A stretch of 64,000 nt of DNA from Gillisia hiemivivida (GCF_007997295.1 NZ_VORY01000008.1:76596-140595); one strand, 5' to 3'. Positions 9,760 through 21,139 are shown, counted from the stretch's first letter. The notes: generated from the letters alone by a model not told the origin. Numbers and translations are program-made.

Positions 9760-12700
9760 ATGCATAGCCAAACCAACGAACAAGCTTTAGAAGCAGCCAT
9801 ACAGGAAACACTTTCTGGTACCACCATAGAGATGATAAAGGAGCAAAATCCTTTGGCTAATATTGCAGAAGAATCTGAGCAATATCTTTTAGGGAAAGGC
9901 TATTATATTGGTAATCCCGATGATTTTGATGCAAAATATGCTATTGATAATAGAAGATTCTGGAATTATCTGAAGGAAACCCAAAAGGAGGAACTCGAGA
10001 AACTTCAAAGGCATGGCGATTGGAAATTAAAGATCCTGGAACGTCTGGACAGGATGATCAAAAAATATGGAGTCCTCCAAATTTTAAAGAAAGGTTTGGA
10101 TGTAGATGATGCGCATTTCACTTTGTTTTATCAGGCCCCACTAGCAAGTAGCAGCATTCGCGTAAAAAAACTTTTTGAAAACAATCAGTTTAGCGCCACT
10201 AGGCAATTAAGATATTCTGTAGATAATCCTCGGGAGGAGATCGATATAGTAATCTTTATTAACGGGCTACCAATTATTACCGCAGAATTAAAAAATCACT
10301 GGACCGGGCAGAATGCTAAAGTACATGCCCAGAAGCAATATAAATTTGACCGGGATATCAAACAACCATTGCTAAATTTTGGCCGCTGCCTAGTGCATTT
10401 CGCTGTAGATACCGATGAGATTTATATGACTACGAAGTTAAATGGAGAGAACACCTTCTTTCTACCTTTCAATAAAGGAGATAATAATGGGAAGGGAAAT
10501 CCTGTAAATCTAAACGGACATAAAACTGCCTATCTCTGGGAAGAAGTTTTAACCAAGAAAAGTTTAGCTAACCTTATTCAGCATTTCGTAAGATTAGACG
10601 GGAAATCAAAAGATCCATTGAATTCCAGAACGTTGTTCTTTCCAAGATACCAACAGATGGATGTGGTTAGAGAGATCATAGATCACGCTGCAAAGAACGG
10701 AGTAGGGCAAACGTATCTCATTCAGCATTCGGCAGGTTCAGGAAAATCCAATTCTATTACCTGGGCGGCATTTCAGCTTATAGAATCCTATCCACAGAAG
10801 GAAGGGCTTCATGGAAGTATTGGAATGGAAAAGCCTTTATTTGATTCAGTAATAGTTGTAACCGATAGGCGCTTACTGGATAAGCAGATCAGGGATAATA
10901 TAAAGGATTTTTCAGAAGTTAAAAATATTGTGTCTCCGGCATATTCTTCTAAAGAATTACGAGAAAGTTTAGAAAGCGGAAAAAAAATCATTATTACCAC
11001 AATTCAGAAGTTCCCTTTTATAATTGATGGAATATCAGATCTTAGTGATAAGCGTTTTGCTGTAATTATAGATGAAGCTCATAGTTCTCAAAGCGGTTCA
11101 GCGCACGATAAGATGAATCAATCTATGGGGCAGAAGGATCAGGAAGAGGATGAGGAGGAAGATGTGCAGGACAAGATCATCAAAGCTATGCAATCTAGAA
11201 AGATGCGTGGGAATGCTTCTTATTTTGCCTTTACTGCAACCCCAAAAAATAATACATTAGAAAAATTTGGAGTAAAAGAGGAAGATGGTTCATTTAAGCC
11301 ATTTCATTTATATTCCATGAAACAAGCTATTGAAGAAGGATTTATTCTGGACGTTCTGGCAAACTACACTACCTATAAGAGTTATTATGAAATAGAAAAG
11401 TCTATTGAAGAAAACCCTTTATTTGATTCGCAAAAGGCACAAAAAAAATTAAAGGCTTTTGTAGAAAGCGATCAGCGAACAATAGATACCAAAGCTGAAG
11501 TGATTCTGGATCATTTCATTCCTAATATTGTGAATAAGAAAAAGCTTAAAGGGAAAGCCAAGGCTATGGTAGTAACTCAAAGTATAATATCGGCTATACG
11601 CTACTACAAAGCATTAAGTAGAATTCTAGGTGAAAAAGGAAATCCATTTAAAATCCTAGTTGCATTTTCCGGCTCTAAAACTGTAGATGGAATTGAATAT
11701 ACCGAAGCCGATATTAATGGGTTTGGAGAAAAAGATACCAAAGATAATTTTGATAAAGATGAGTATCGAATATTGGTGGTTGCCAATAAATATTTGACCG
11801 GGTTCGATCAGCCAAAGCTTACTGCGATGTACGTGGATAAAAAGCTTCAGGGAGTTATGGCTGTTCAAGCTTTGTCAAGATTAAATCGGTCTGCAGACAA
11901 ACTTGGAAAGAAAACAGAGGATATTTTCATCCTAGATTTCTTTAATTCTACAGATGATATTAAAGCATCTTTTGATCCTTTTTATACAGCAACATCCTTA
12001 AGTGGCGCAACAGATATTAATGTTCTGCATGACTTAAAACAAACGCTGGATGAAACCGGGGTTTACGAGCAGGAAGAAGTAGAGTTGTTTTGCGAGAAGT
12101 TCTTTTTAAAAGAGGATGCGCAGAAATTGAGTCCTATTATTGATATGGCCGCCAATCGTTTTAATAAAGAACTTGAATTGGAGGATGAGGACAAAGCCGA
12201 CTTTAAAATAAAAGCAAAGCAATTCGTAAAGATCTACGGACAAATGGCAGCTATTATGCCTTATGAAATGATGGCCTGGGAAAAATTATTTTGGTTCCTG
12301 AAATTTCTTGTTCCGAAACTGATCGTGAAAGATAAAGATGCAGATGATCTTGATAAATTACTAGAGTCTGTAGACCTGTCTACCTATGGTCTTGAACGCA
12401 CTAAATTGAATGATAGTATTGGTTTAGATGCTTCAGCTTCAGAATTGGATCCACAGAATGCAAAACCGCGTGGAGCCCATGGAGAGAAAGAGGAAGATAT
12501 TCTTGAAAGCATTATAAGAAACTTCAATGAAAAATGGTTTCAGGGCTGGGAAGCAACACCAGATGAGCAGCGGACAAAATTCATACAATTAAGTAAGCAT
12601 ATTCAAGCACACCAGGATTTTCAATCCAAGGTGGCAGATAATGGCGATAGACAAAATAGCGACCTCGCATTAGAAAAGATCATTGAAGATGTAATGCGAA

Positions 12701-12810
12701 AACAGCGAAAAAATGAGCTTGATCTTTATAAGTTATATGCCAAGGACGAAGGCTTCTATCAAGCATTTTTTGATACCATGAAGAGGATGGTTTCTCGAGA
12801 CCGAATTTAA
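9760..12810 (+). CDS. hsdR: Type I restriction endonuclease subunit R (HsdR), SF2 helicase/translocase with DEAH box
   Basis: The N-terminal HsdR_N region carries QILKKGLDVDDAHFTLFYQAP. Walker A SAGSGKS, the DEAH box VIIDEAHSSQ and helicase C motifs are present. The protein is 1016 aa. Confidence 0.9.
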   Translation: MHSQTNEQALEAAIQETLSGTTIEMIKEQNPLANIAEESEQYLLGKGYYIGNPDDFDAKYAIDNRRFWNYLKETQKEELEKLQRHGDWKLKILERLDRMIKKYGVLQILKKGLDVDDAHFTLFYQAPLASSSIRVKKLFENNQFSATRQLRYSVDNPREEIDIVIFINGLPIITAELKNHWTGQNAKVHAQKQYKFDRDIKQPLLNFGRCLVHFAVDTDEIYMTTKLNGENTFFLPFNKGDNNGKGNPVNLNGHKTAYLWEEVLTKKSLANLIQHFVRLDGKSKDPLNSRTLFFPRYQQMDVVREIIDHAAKNGVGQTYLIQHSAGSGKSNSITWAAFQLIESYPQKEGLHGSIGMEKPLFDSVIVVTDRRLLDKQIRDNIKDFSEVKNIVSPAYSSKELRESLESGKKIIITTIQKFPFIIDGISDLSDKRFAVIIDEAHSSQSGSAHDKMNQSMGQKDQEEDEEEDVQDKIIKAMQSRKMRGNASYFAFTATPKNNTLEKFGVKEEDGSFKPFHLYSMKQAIEEGFILDVLANYTTYKSYYEIEKSIEENPLFDSQKAQKKLKAFVESDQRTIDTKAEVILDHFIPNIVNKKKLKGKAKAMVVTQSIISAIRYYKALSRILGEKGNPFKILVAFSGSKTVDGIEYTEADINGFGEKDTKDNFDKDEYRILVVANKYLTGFDQPKLTAMYVDKKLQGVMAVQALSRLNRSADKLGKKTEDIFILDFFNSTDDIKASFDPFYTATSLSGATDINVLHDLKQTLDETGVYEQEEVELFCEKFFLKEDAQKLSPIIDMAANRFNKELELEDEDKADFKIKAKQFVKIYGQMAAIMPYEMMAWEKLFWFLKFLVPKLIVKDKDADDLDKLLESVDLSTYGLERTKLNDSIGLDASASELDPQNAKPRGAHGEKEEDILESIIRNFNEKWFQGWEATPDEQRTKFIQLSKHIQAHQDFQSKVADNGDRQNSDLALEKIIEDVMRKQRKNELDLYKLYAKDEGFYQAFFDTMKRMVSRDRI

Positions 12811-12814
12811 ATAT

Positions 12815-14173
12815 ATGGATAAGAACATTAAGCAAAAATCTATTTTAGATTTTGTCAGTTTTAAATCACCCACCTTAGAGCAAAGGAATGCTTTAATTGC
12901 TATGTCTGATTTTGTTTCAACTTCTAATTCAGAAGATTTTCTTATTCTTAGTGGTGCAGCCGGGACTGGAAAAACATCCATTACCACTAGTTTGATAAAA
13001 TATTTGAACCATCAAAATGTTCAATTTAAAATCGCAGCACCTACTGGCAGAGCAGCCAGAATCCTTGGTAAAAAAGCTGGAGCTACCAGTACAACTATTC
13101 ATTCACTAATATATAATTCTGTATCCGATCCTAATACAGGTGAAGTGAACTTTAAATTGAAACCTAATACGGTTAAAGATTATTCAGTTTATCTTTTAGA
13201 TGAAGCCTCAATGATTTCATCAATCATTACAAATGATGAAGAAAGTTTATTTGTGAGTACGAACTCCCTTCTTAATGATCTTGTGAAATTTGTAAAAGAT
13301 GGAAACCTTCGAAACAAATTAATTTTATTAGGAGATAGAAATCAGTTACCACCCATTCAGGAAGAATATTCCAAAGCTCTTTCTAAATCATATTTGGAGG
13401 AGAATTATCAATTGTCAGGTGAGTCATATAGACTTACAGAAGTTAAGCGTCAGCAAAAAGACAGCTATATTTTAAAGAATGCTGTAACTGTTAGGGAAGC
13501 AATTGATAATAATATGCCCCCGGAAGATTTGGTAGATTTAGAAGTGCAAAGAATGAACACCGCAGCACTGAATTATATCCAGGAGTATAAAAATTATGGA
13601 TTGGAAGGAAGTATCTCGATTGCAGCAACTCATAAAATGAACCAACTCTTTAATAGAATAGTAAGGGAATATATGTATGGTAAGTTTGCGGATGAACTTG
13701 TGGAAAATGATTTGTTACTTATAATTTCTTCATGGAGAAGAAAAGCAAAAGAATTATATAGTGGGGATCACGTAATTGTAAAGAAAATTGATCTTGATGA
13801 AACAGAAATTATTGCTGGGCTAAGATTTGTTCCTGTGAAATTAATGTTTAAAAACTTGTTAGATAAGGAGGAGTTTTTAGATGATTATTTGCTTTTAGAA
13901 TGCCTAGAACAGTCTAAAGGGCTTAATGCAGAGCAAGAAAAAAGATTGCGATTTGAACGATTTAGAGCAAATAAAATATATCAAAAGTCAGGTAATCCGG
14001 CTGATGATAAATATGTAGGAGCTATAAGAGCTACTTATGGACACTCCATTACCTGTCATAAAGCGCAAGGCGGGGAATGGAAAAAAGTTTACTTAAATTC
14101 TTACTATATGCCAAGTTTAAGATACCAGTATACGGCTATTACAAGAGCTAAAGACGAATTGATTTTGTATTAA
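12815..14173 (+). CDS. RecD/Dda-like superfamily 1B DNA helicase (AAA_30 + UvrD_C-like)
   Basis: Walker A LSGAAGTGKTS lies near the N-terminus. SF1 motif VI (ITCHKAQGGEWKKVYL) and YTAITRAKDEL lie at the C-terminus. The start is 4 bp after the hsdR stop. Confidence 0.8.
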   Translation: MDKNIKQKSILDFVSFKSPTLEQRNALIAMSDFVSTSNSEDFLILSGAAGTGKTSITTSLIKYLNHQNVQFKIAAPTGRAARILGKKAGATSTTIHSLIYNSVSDPNTGEVNFKLKPNTVKDYSVYLLDEASMISSIITNDEESLFVSTNSLLNDLVKFVKDGNLRNKLILLGDRNQLPPIQEEYSKALSKSYLEENYQLSGESYRLTEVKRQQKDSYILKNAVTVREAIDNNMPPEDLVDLEVQRMNTAALNYIQEYKNYGLEGSISIAATHKMNQLFNRIVREYMYGKFADELVENDLLLIISSWRRKAKELYSGDHVIVKKIDLDETEIIAGLRFVPVKLMFKNLLDKEEFLDDYLLLECLEQSKGLNAEQEKRLRFERFRANKIYQKSGNPADDKYVGAIRATYGHSITCHKAQGGEWKKVYLNSYYMPSLRYQYTAITRAKDELILY

Positions 14174-14452
14174 ATGATATTAGAAATCACCTTTATACAA
14201 GGCGGAATGCTAGAATTTGAAAGAACAGGTATATATCCCGAATACCTGTTGTTCAATTTAAAAGGTTCTAAACAGAATTGGAGAGTGAAAATTAAGAATA
14301 AACCACAGGAGGGTATTCTAAAAAGTAAGGGTATACCGGTTTATGAATATAGTTTTGATGGACACTGGTGCAAATTTAGAAAAGTCAATAAAAATGCTTC
14401 GATTTCAAAATGGATGGAGCCGGAAACTATAAGTATTGAAAGGAGAGATTAA
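14174..14452 (+). CDS. Hypothetical 92-aa protein, translationally coupled to the helicase (ATG abuts helicase TAA)
   Basis: The ORF begins at the nucleotide after the helicase stop. There is no recognisable domain. Confidence 0.4.
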   Translation: MILEITFIQGGMLEFERTGIYPEYLLFNLKGSKQNWRVKIKNKPQEGILKSKGIPVYEYSFDGHWCKFRKVNKNASISKWMEPETISIERRD

Positions 14453-14459
14453 AAATAAA

Positions 14460-17400
14460 ATGTTGAAAACCCAAATCACGAACCCACTAGTTAAATTCAA
14501 TTCTAAAATTGATGCTTACACAAACAAGACAATAAGAAAACATACTTTTTGGTTAGTATTCTTTATTAGTCTATTCTCATCTCAATTCTTATTAGCCCAA
14601 TGTCCTAGCGGGGATGTTACATTAGAAAGTCAGCAACAAATAACTAATTTTGTGGCCACCTATCCTTCTTGTACAAATATAAATGGAAGCCTTTTAGTGA
14701 GAAGTGAAGAGGTTACTGATCTTTCCTTTTTAAAAGATATGATATCCATCAATGGAGATTTGACTATTCAGAATACCAAAGCAATTGAACTTTCACTAAG
14801 CAATCTTGAAAATGTTGATGGTGATTTTAATATTTTCGGAAATTATGATTTGCTTTATGTATGTGTTCCCAATATAAGTTTTATTGGAGGAGGCCTTAAT
14901 TTATTGGGTATGTCCTATGCAAATACCCTTACAGGATTCGATCAAATTAAATCTCTCAAATTTTTTATTTTTGAAGATAACGGGTTTGTAGAAATTTTGC
15001 CAGCCTTTAATAACTTGGAAGTTATATTAGAGGATTTAACTATCATTGCCAATCCAAGCCTAAAAGAGATTCTAGGTTTTCAATCCCTCACCTGCGTAAA
15101 AAATATATCGATTATTGGCAATGAAGGTTTAAAGATTATTAATTCATTTTCATCGATAGCGAGTCTAGTTGGTGATTCTGGTGGATTACGGATCACCGAT
15201 AATCCTATCCTAGAATCTATTACAGGCTTTCAAAGCTTAGAGAGTGCTCAGCATTTAATATTCGATAATAATGCAGGCTCTGGGGCTCCTAATTCATTCC
15301 CTAGCTTCCCTTCCTTGCGCAGTGCAGATCATATTTACTTAACACAGCTCATAATGCCGCAAACCTACACGGCCTTTAATAATCTAGTTCAGATAAATGA
15401 TTTAAAGATTGAATCGCTTAGGAATTTAAAAAGTTTAAAAGGTTTTAATAAAACACAATCCACCAAGAATTTGTGGATAGATAATAACATAGATCTAGAG
15501 ACTATTGAAGGCTTTGAAAATCTTAAGCTAATTAATGGATCATTTAAACTTAGTAATAATATTAAGTTGTTTGAGGTAAATGCATTTAAGTCCGCAGAAT
15601 ATGTTGAGAATGCTTTTTGGTTATTGAATAATAGTTTAACAAATTTCGATTTTCTTGAAAATTTACATGATGTAAGTTCAAATGATTCAGATATTTTTAT
15701 ACAGGCTATGCCAACACTTCAGGATTGTTCTGGTCTTTCCAATCTTCTAAAATATGGTAGTATATCTAATAATATTAATGTCTCTACAGGTGCCTTTGGT
15801 TGCAATACTAGAGCAGATATTGAGGCGGCAGCAGATACCGATAAGGATGGAATTTTAGATGTTAACGATTTAGATGATGACAATGATGGTCTTAGGGATC
15901 TTGAAGAAAATGCTGGGAATGAGTTCTTAGATACCGACGGGGATAACTTGCCAGACCATGTAGATCTTGACAGCGATAATGATGGATGCCCGGATAAAGA
16001 AGAAGGTATTCTGTTTTTTCAGCAACCTACTTTATCCCCTCAGATAACGAAAAATCCTGAGTTTTTGGAGGTGAGTGCTGGCAATTCTGCAAGCTTTTCC
16101 GTAGAAACCATTAATGCAGATAGGTTTCAATGGCAGGTTAGTAAGGATAACGGAAATACTTGGGAAGATATTGATGCAAATACTATTTATAGTGGAGTTA
16201 AAATTTCTGTGCTAACAATTCAAAATACCACGAAAGAGTTTCATAATTATTTGTTCCGTGTTAATATTTCTAATAGTGGAAATTCCTGTACAGCTCAAAT
16301 CACTTCTTATTTTGCTTCGCTAATTGTGAAATCAAGTGTTTTAGGAGATCCAGGAGAAGATACACAATTAGAATTCTGCCCTTCCTCAGGGAAAATTGAT
16401 CTTTTCTCCTTAATTGAGGGCACTCCGGAAAAAGGAGGGCAATTTAGTCCACCATTAAATAGCGGGACTTCTGTGTTTGATACTTCGATGGATGCTGAAG
16501 GAACCTATCGCTATTGGTTTAGAGATGATAACTGCCAAACAGCAAAGTCAGAAATTTCTATCAGTTTTAATGATACTCCAACGGCAGGGTCAGATGGAGA
16601 ATTAAGTATTTGTAAAAGTTCAGCCCCTGTAGATCTATTCACTATACTTAACGGCACACCTACTGCTGGAGGTACTTGGTCTCCTGCTTTATCTGGTGGA
16701 GAAAGTGTATTTGACCCTAAGCTTGACAGCAGCATAAAGTACACATATACTGTAGGCGCTACAAATTGCAATCCAACTTTTGCGGAGGTGGTTATAAATT
16801 TAATAGAAGAAGAACCTAATGCGGGAGAAGACGCAAGCCTTGAGCTTTGTGAAAATGATGGGCCTATAGATCTAAAACCTTTATTAGGACCAAATGCAGA
16901 TGATAATGGCGAATGGACACCAATTTTAATAAATGGCATCTTCGATCCGAAAGTGAATGACAGCGGAATCTATGAGTATAAAATTGATAATAAAACTTGT
17001 GGGGTAAGTTCCTCCTTTGTAACGGTTACGGTAAATTCTATTCCTGATTCGGGGGTTTCAACTTCCATATCATTATGTGAAAATAGCCCAATAGTTGACC
17101 TTTATGATATTCTAGGGCCTAATGTAGATAGAGATGGTAAGTGGTCTCCACCATTACTTAATGATAATGGAACTTTTAATCCACAACAGGATTCCCCGGG
17201 AATCTATACATATAAATTGAACAACAATTGCGGCAGTTCCAGTTCTGAAGTAATAATTGAATTAGACGCGAATGTCTCGATTAATAATTATGAAATAAAC
17301 ACTTCAGAATTTAATGAAAATGCATTTTTAGAGATAAACGTTTTGGAAATAGGGAATTTTGAATATTCCCTTGACGGTGAAAATTATTATGCTAGTAATA

Positions 17401-17741
17401 GATTTTTAAACCTATCTGGAGGTGAACACCGAATTTTTGCCAGAGAAGTGGACGGGTGCAGAACCTTATCAGATTCCGTTATGATCCTTGATTTTCTTAA
17501 AGTTTTTACTCCGAATGGTGATGGCATTAATGAATATTGGAAAATTACTGGATTTGAAGGAGAAGTATATGAGATTTATATATATGATCGTTATGGAAAA
17601 CTATTAAAGGTACTGAACCCAAACGATAAAGGTTGGGATGGAATTTTTAATGGTAAACCTATGCCTGCAGATGATTATTGGTTCAAAGCACAAATGGCAG
17701 ATGGGAAAACATATGGAGATCACTTTTCCTTGATTAGGTGA
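14460..17741 (+). CDS. T9SS type B sorting (gliding-motility C-terminal, CHU_C) domain surface protein with leucine-rich/receptor-L-like repeats and thrombospondin type 3 Ca-binding repeats
   Basis: The C-terminus [16 protein letters not shown]...[13 protein letters not shown]...[21 protein letters not shown] is the T9SS type-B sorting domain. An N-terminal signal/anchor ([18 protein letters not shown]) is present. DxDxDG repeats run [26 protein letters not shown]...[19 protein letters not shown]. The track gives a TTG start at 14436; the ATG at 14460 is the more likely start. Confidence 0.8.
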   Translation: MLKTQITNPLVKFNSKIDAYTNKTIRKHTFWLVFFISLFSSQFLLAQCPSGDVTLESQQQITNFVATYPSCTNINGSLLVRSEEVTDLSFLKDMISINGDLTIQNTKAIELSLSNLENVDGDFNIFGNYDLLYVCVPNISFIGGGLNLLGMSYANTLTGFDQIKSLKFFIFEDNGFVEILPAFNNLEVILEDLTIIANPSLKEILGFQSLTCVKNISIIGNEGLKIINSFSSIASLVGDSGGLRITDNPILESITGFQSLESAQHLIFDNNAGSGAPNSFPSFPSLRSADHIYLTQLIMPQTYTAFNNLVQINDLKIESLRNLKSLKGFNKTQSTKNLWIDNNIDLETIEGFENLKLINGSFKLSNNIKLFEVNAFKSAEYVENAFWLLNNSLTNFDFLENLHDVSSNDSDIFIQAMPTLQDCSGLSNLLKYGSISNNINVSTGAFGCNTRADIEAAADTDKDGILDVNDLDDDNDGLRDLEENAGNEFLDTDGDNLPDHVDLDSDNDGCPDKEEGILFFQQPTLSPQITKNPEFLEVSAGNSASFSVETINADRFQWQVSKDNGNTWEDIDANTIYSGVKISVLTIQNTTKEFHNYLFRVNISNSGNSCTAQITSYFASLIVKSSVLGDPGEDTQLEFCPSSGKIDLFSLIEGTPEKGGQFSPPLNSGTSVFDTSMDAEGTYRYWFRDDNCQTAKSEISISFNDTPTAGSDGELSICKSSAPVDLFTILNGTPTAGGTWSPALSGGESVFDPKLDSSIKYTYTVGATNCNPTFAEVVINLIEEEPNAGEDASLELCENDGPIDLKPLLGPNADDNGEWTPILINGIFDPKVNDSGIYEYKIDNKTCGVSSSFVTVTVNSIPDSGVSTSISLCENSPIVDLYDILGPNVDRDGKWSPPLLNDNGTFNPQQDSPGIYTYKLNNNCGSSSSEVIIELDANVSINNYEINTSEFNENAFLEINVLEIGNFEYSLDGENYYASNRFLNLSGGEHRIFAREVDGCRTLSDSVMILDFLKVFTPNGDGINEYWKITGFEGEVYEIYIYDRYGKLLKVLNPNDKGWDGIFNGKPMPADDYWFKAQMADGKTYGDHFSLIR

Positions 17742-17765
17742 TTCAGCTTTTCAGATCAAAATTGT

Positions 17766-19730
17766 TTATTTACATACTTCTCTTAAATACTCATAGATCA
17801 TAACCATAGCTAGGGTGTCTAATTCACAATAGCGCAGTAATCCTTTCTTAATAGCTGCTCGTTCTATTTCCGGGACGTCCGGGAACTGTAATTTGGCATA
17901 AGCAAACAAAGCAGCTCCACCATCTTTAATTTCAGTTAGACTTTCTGAAACTTGCTCTAATTTTTCATTGTCCCATCCATCAAAAAGTGGAGGTAATGCT
18001 TTATAAGGATTAATGGGTTTCCCATTCTCCATTTCACAAAACACATGATCCATGTCAAAATTCTTACTTGTTAAGTCAATGGTAGTTAGTTTGTTTTGAT
18101 ATTTCTTCTGAAGATATTCACTAGAACCTAGAACTGCAGGTAAAATGGCTTTTATGGAATTGGAACCTCCTGTTGATGGATCGTAATAGTAATTCACCAC
18201 GGTTTTTTGAAGGTCTATCATATCCCTTTCGCCACACCATGACTTGGCGTTTTTACCAGTATTATGACTTATGCTTTCAATAAATTCTAGCAACTCTTGT
18301 TTATCAAGCTCCTTAGATTTTAGTAACTGATTATAGATAACATTTACAATGGTGTTTTCATGATTGTGGTATCTGAAAATACTGCCTTTATTTTCAGAAA
18401 GAGAATCTCTTAAGGCACGAATAAAATCGAAGTTGGGGATTACTCCAATTTCTGTATTTAGATATTCATTGTGATGTACTACTCTGCCATCTTCATATAC
18501 TATATGATGACTAAACTGAAAGGCTATCTGTTCATATGGTTTCATACCAGCCATAAAAGGAATGGCAACCGCAGTGGTTTCAAAATCGATAAAATTCAAT
18601 GGGAATTTCCAAGAATCCAGTTCCATCCTTAAGTTTTCTATATCAAAATAGGGAGTAGCATCGTCTTCTTGATGTTTACTTATCTGAAGCCATTGGCGTT
18701 CGGAACGGCTCATTTTGCCGGCTTCGGGGCGAATGTTGAGGTCATTCTCTGTTAATTCATCCATAAAATACCGACCTTCCTCTATCGCATTTTTCACAGG
18801 ATTGTACCAAACATTATATACTTTAGGACGGTCTATTTTATGATCTGGAAGTTGAAGTTGTTCCCTCCAACATTCGTGAAAGCCACTTTTATATCCCTCT
18901 GCTAAATCTCTAACCTGGAATTCACAGCCTTTACAATGAGCACCTATTTCAGTAAATAACTTTATATCTTCCTGATAATGCTTTTTAAAATGAGCAAGCG
19001 TTTCTGTGAAAGAGCTATTGGTATCTATGGGGTTATCTTTTAGAATGAGATCCACTTCCGCGCTTACATTTAATAAGCACAAAATAGGATCTCCAATGTC
19101 ATCTTTAGTAAGTCCTTCTCTTTTCTCAATACCAGTTCGTAATTGTGAATCGGCAACCACTTTAAAGCATTGGTGTAATCCATCCACGGTAGTAATCGCA
19201 TTCTTATCGACTAATTTGAGATAGGATGTAATTTGCCATTCCGGATAGCATAAATGCATTACATGTTTTTGAAAAGCAATATCATATAAGTAGATATCCC
19301 AGCCGCCACTCAAATTGCCTTTGGAATTTATAAAAGAATCATGTGAGTTGCTATTGATCGATTTGGCTTTAACCTCTATTAGTCTGATCTTATTTCCTTT
19401 TTTCTCTAAGATGTCTACTCTGATAAAAAGACCATCTATTAGAAAAGCAGGTTCGAAGATGGTCACATTCTCCTGCTTTAATAATTCCGCTGTTTTATCT
19501 GCCAGTAACTGATAATTATAATCTTTACCCAGAATAGCAATTCCAGCTGGATGATCCATCCTTGCCAATTCTTCAACCTGAAATCCACCTTGCGCCAAAC
19601 CTTCCAAAAATGAATCTGTTTCACTTTGGTTCTCATACTCACTCTTACGGGTGTAGAAAAGCTTTGTTGGACAATCTAAAGCCAGTTTAAATCGGGATTT
19701 GGTAAGATATCTTCTTTTCAGATTTTTCAA
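17766..19730 (-). CDS. Putative nuclease: N-terminal PD-(D/E)XK (RecB/Cas4-like; DUF2779-like) domain protein with possible C-terminal DEDD-like exonuclease motif
   Basis: The N-terminus LTKSRFKLALDCPTKLFY is DUF2779-like. Motif II GLFIRVDIL and motif III RLIEVKAKS form the D...E-x-K triad. A Cys cluster CKGCEFQ...HECW follows. A later FIDFETT resembles the Exo I motif of DnaQ-like exonucleases. Confidence 0.55.
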   Translation of the reverse strand: MKNLKRRYLTKSRFKLALDCPTKLFYTRKSEYENQSETDSFLEGLAQGGFQVEELARMDHPAGIAILGKDYNYQLLADKTAELLKQENVTIFEPAFLIDGLFIRVDILEKKGNKIRLIEVKAKSINSNSHDSFINSKGNLSGGWDIYLYDIAFQKHVMHLCYPEWQITSYLKLVDKNAITTVDGLHQCFKVVADSQLRTGIEKREGLTKDDIGDPILCLLNVSAEVDLILKDNPIDTNSSFTETLAHFKKHYQEDIKLFTEIGAHCKGCEFQVRDLAEGYKSGFHECWREQLQLPDHKIDRPKVYNVWYNPVKNAIEEGRYFMDELTENDLNIRPEAGKMSRSERQWLQISKHQEDDATPYFDIENLRMELDSWKFPLNFIDFETTAVAIPFMAGMKPYEQIAFQFSHHIVYEDGRVVHHNEYLNTEIGVIPNFDFIRALRDSLSENKGSIFRYHNHENTIVNVIYNQLLKSKELDKQELLEFIESISHNTGKNAKSWCGERDMIDLQKTVVNYYYDPSTGGSNSIKAILPAVLGSSEYLQKKYQNKLTTIDLTSKNFDMDHVFCEMENGKPINPYKALPPLFDGWDNEKLEQVSESLTEIKDGGAALFAYAKLQFPDVPEIERAAIKKGLLRYCELDTLAMVMIYEYLREVCK

Positions 19731-19790
19731 GAGGAGATTATTAATTTGAAGATAGGGACTTCTTATTAAACCATTTTTTGCTATTTTTAT

Positions 19791-20678
19791 CTACATCCAG
19801 TTTACTAAAAAGCCCATTACAACAATATTTGCTACCAAAGTCATTACAATGAAGTTGGTGAATCTTTTATGAGGTTTCAAGTCGGAGACAAAAGTGTCCA
19901 TTCGCTTCATCACCTGATCCTCCATATTACTAGAGACCTTCCTTTTTGACTCTTCTACTATTTCAACAATAATATCTCCAAAAGGAAGAAACTCAAATAA
20001 TAACAAGACTGGTTTCCTTACTATTCCTGGAACTTTGAAATTGGATGACTGAATTTGAGAATTTCCATTCTTTTTCAGAACCTCATGAATTTTATGTTTT
20101 TTCAATTTTTCAGAGCCATGAAGTTCTAATTCGTTGATGCATGTGGTAATCAAGTTTTTGAAAAAAGCTGTAAATAGGTGATAAACTCCAAGTCCAATCT
20201 TAAATTGAGCATACTTATAACATTTAAAAGCGGCAAGGCCAGAAAATGTTATTCCACCTATTATTAGTCCTAGAATTAAGAGAAGATTGAAATAGGCGAA
20301 TTCAGTAAACAGAATCCATACACCATAAATCATGAATATTATATTTACAGAGAAAAAAAGAATTGCTACTATTGAAACATTAAATATGACATTACTAGCT
20401 ATTTTCTTGCTTTCTGAAATAACCTCTCTTGAAGAGGCTTCAACATAATTTATAGCTTTCTTCACCCTTTCTGATTCAATAGTTTTTTTACCTACAGCAA
20501 TGGCACTTTTAGTGGTTACATTAGTAAAAGTGGAAATATCTTTTGATGAAACTCCAATAATAGAAATTGTTTTTTTTACCATATCTGACTCTACAGTCTT
20601 TTTGCCTGTATCAGTAACCTTACTAGAAATAATGCTACCTAAATTAATGACTTTTTCCGAGTTGGGTGATTTGAACAT
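19791..20678 (-). CDS. Hypothetical integral membrane protein (2-3 TM helices in the central region)
   Basis: Hydrophobic stretches are NVSIVAILFFSVNIIFMIYGVWILF and LLLILGLIIGGITFSGLAAF. It lies 60 bp upstream of the nuclease gene and is co-oriented with it. Confidence 0.5.
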   Translation of the reverse strand: MFKSPNSEKVINLGSIISSKVTDTGKKTVESDMVKKTISIIGVSSKDISTFTNVTTKSAIAVGKKTIESERVKKAINYVEASSREVISESKKIASNVIFNVSIVAILFFSVNIIFMIYGVWILFTEFAYFNLLLILGLIIGGITFSGLAAFKCYKYAQFKIGLGVYHLFTAFFKNLITTCINELELHGSEKLKKHKIHEVLKKNGNSQIQSSNFKVPGIVRKPVLLLFEFLPFGDIIVEIVEESKRKVSSNMEDQVMKRMDTFVSDLKPHKRFTNFIVMTLVANIVVMGFLVNWM

Positions 20679-21139
20679 GAGTTTGAGCTTTAGATTAATT
20701 GAAATATATTAAATATTCTATGGTTATGTTTTGAGCTATTAGTCAAATCATCAAAGAAAAATAAGCAGCAACGAAAAAAATATTTATCAATTGGTAAGTG
20801 TATATGGCCTAAATAAAGATTCTTTAATCCTAGCGCTTTTGCTAACTGATGCCAGAATTTTATTATAAAGTAAGAATGCTTTTTCAGAGGTATCTGAAAA
20901 AAACGTATTAAGGTCCCTCATTTTAATTGTAGGTTAAGTGATTTTAAGGTAGGGACTTAAAAGTTTTTAAATATATAATTTTAATCCTAATAGTTTGATG
21001 GAAATCCATAAACCAATCAATATTTTTTAAAACCGCCTTATATTCAATCAATTCTTATTGCCCTACCAATAAATATCAAAACATCAATAAAGCGGTTATA
21101 TTTTCAAAACTATTATTTACGTATGTCAAGACATGTCGC

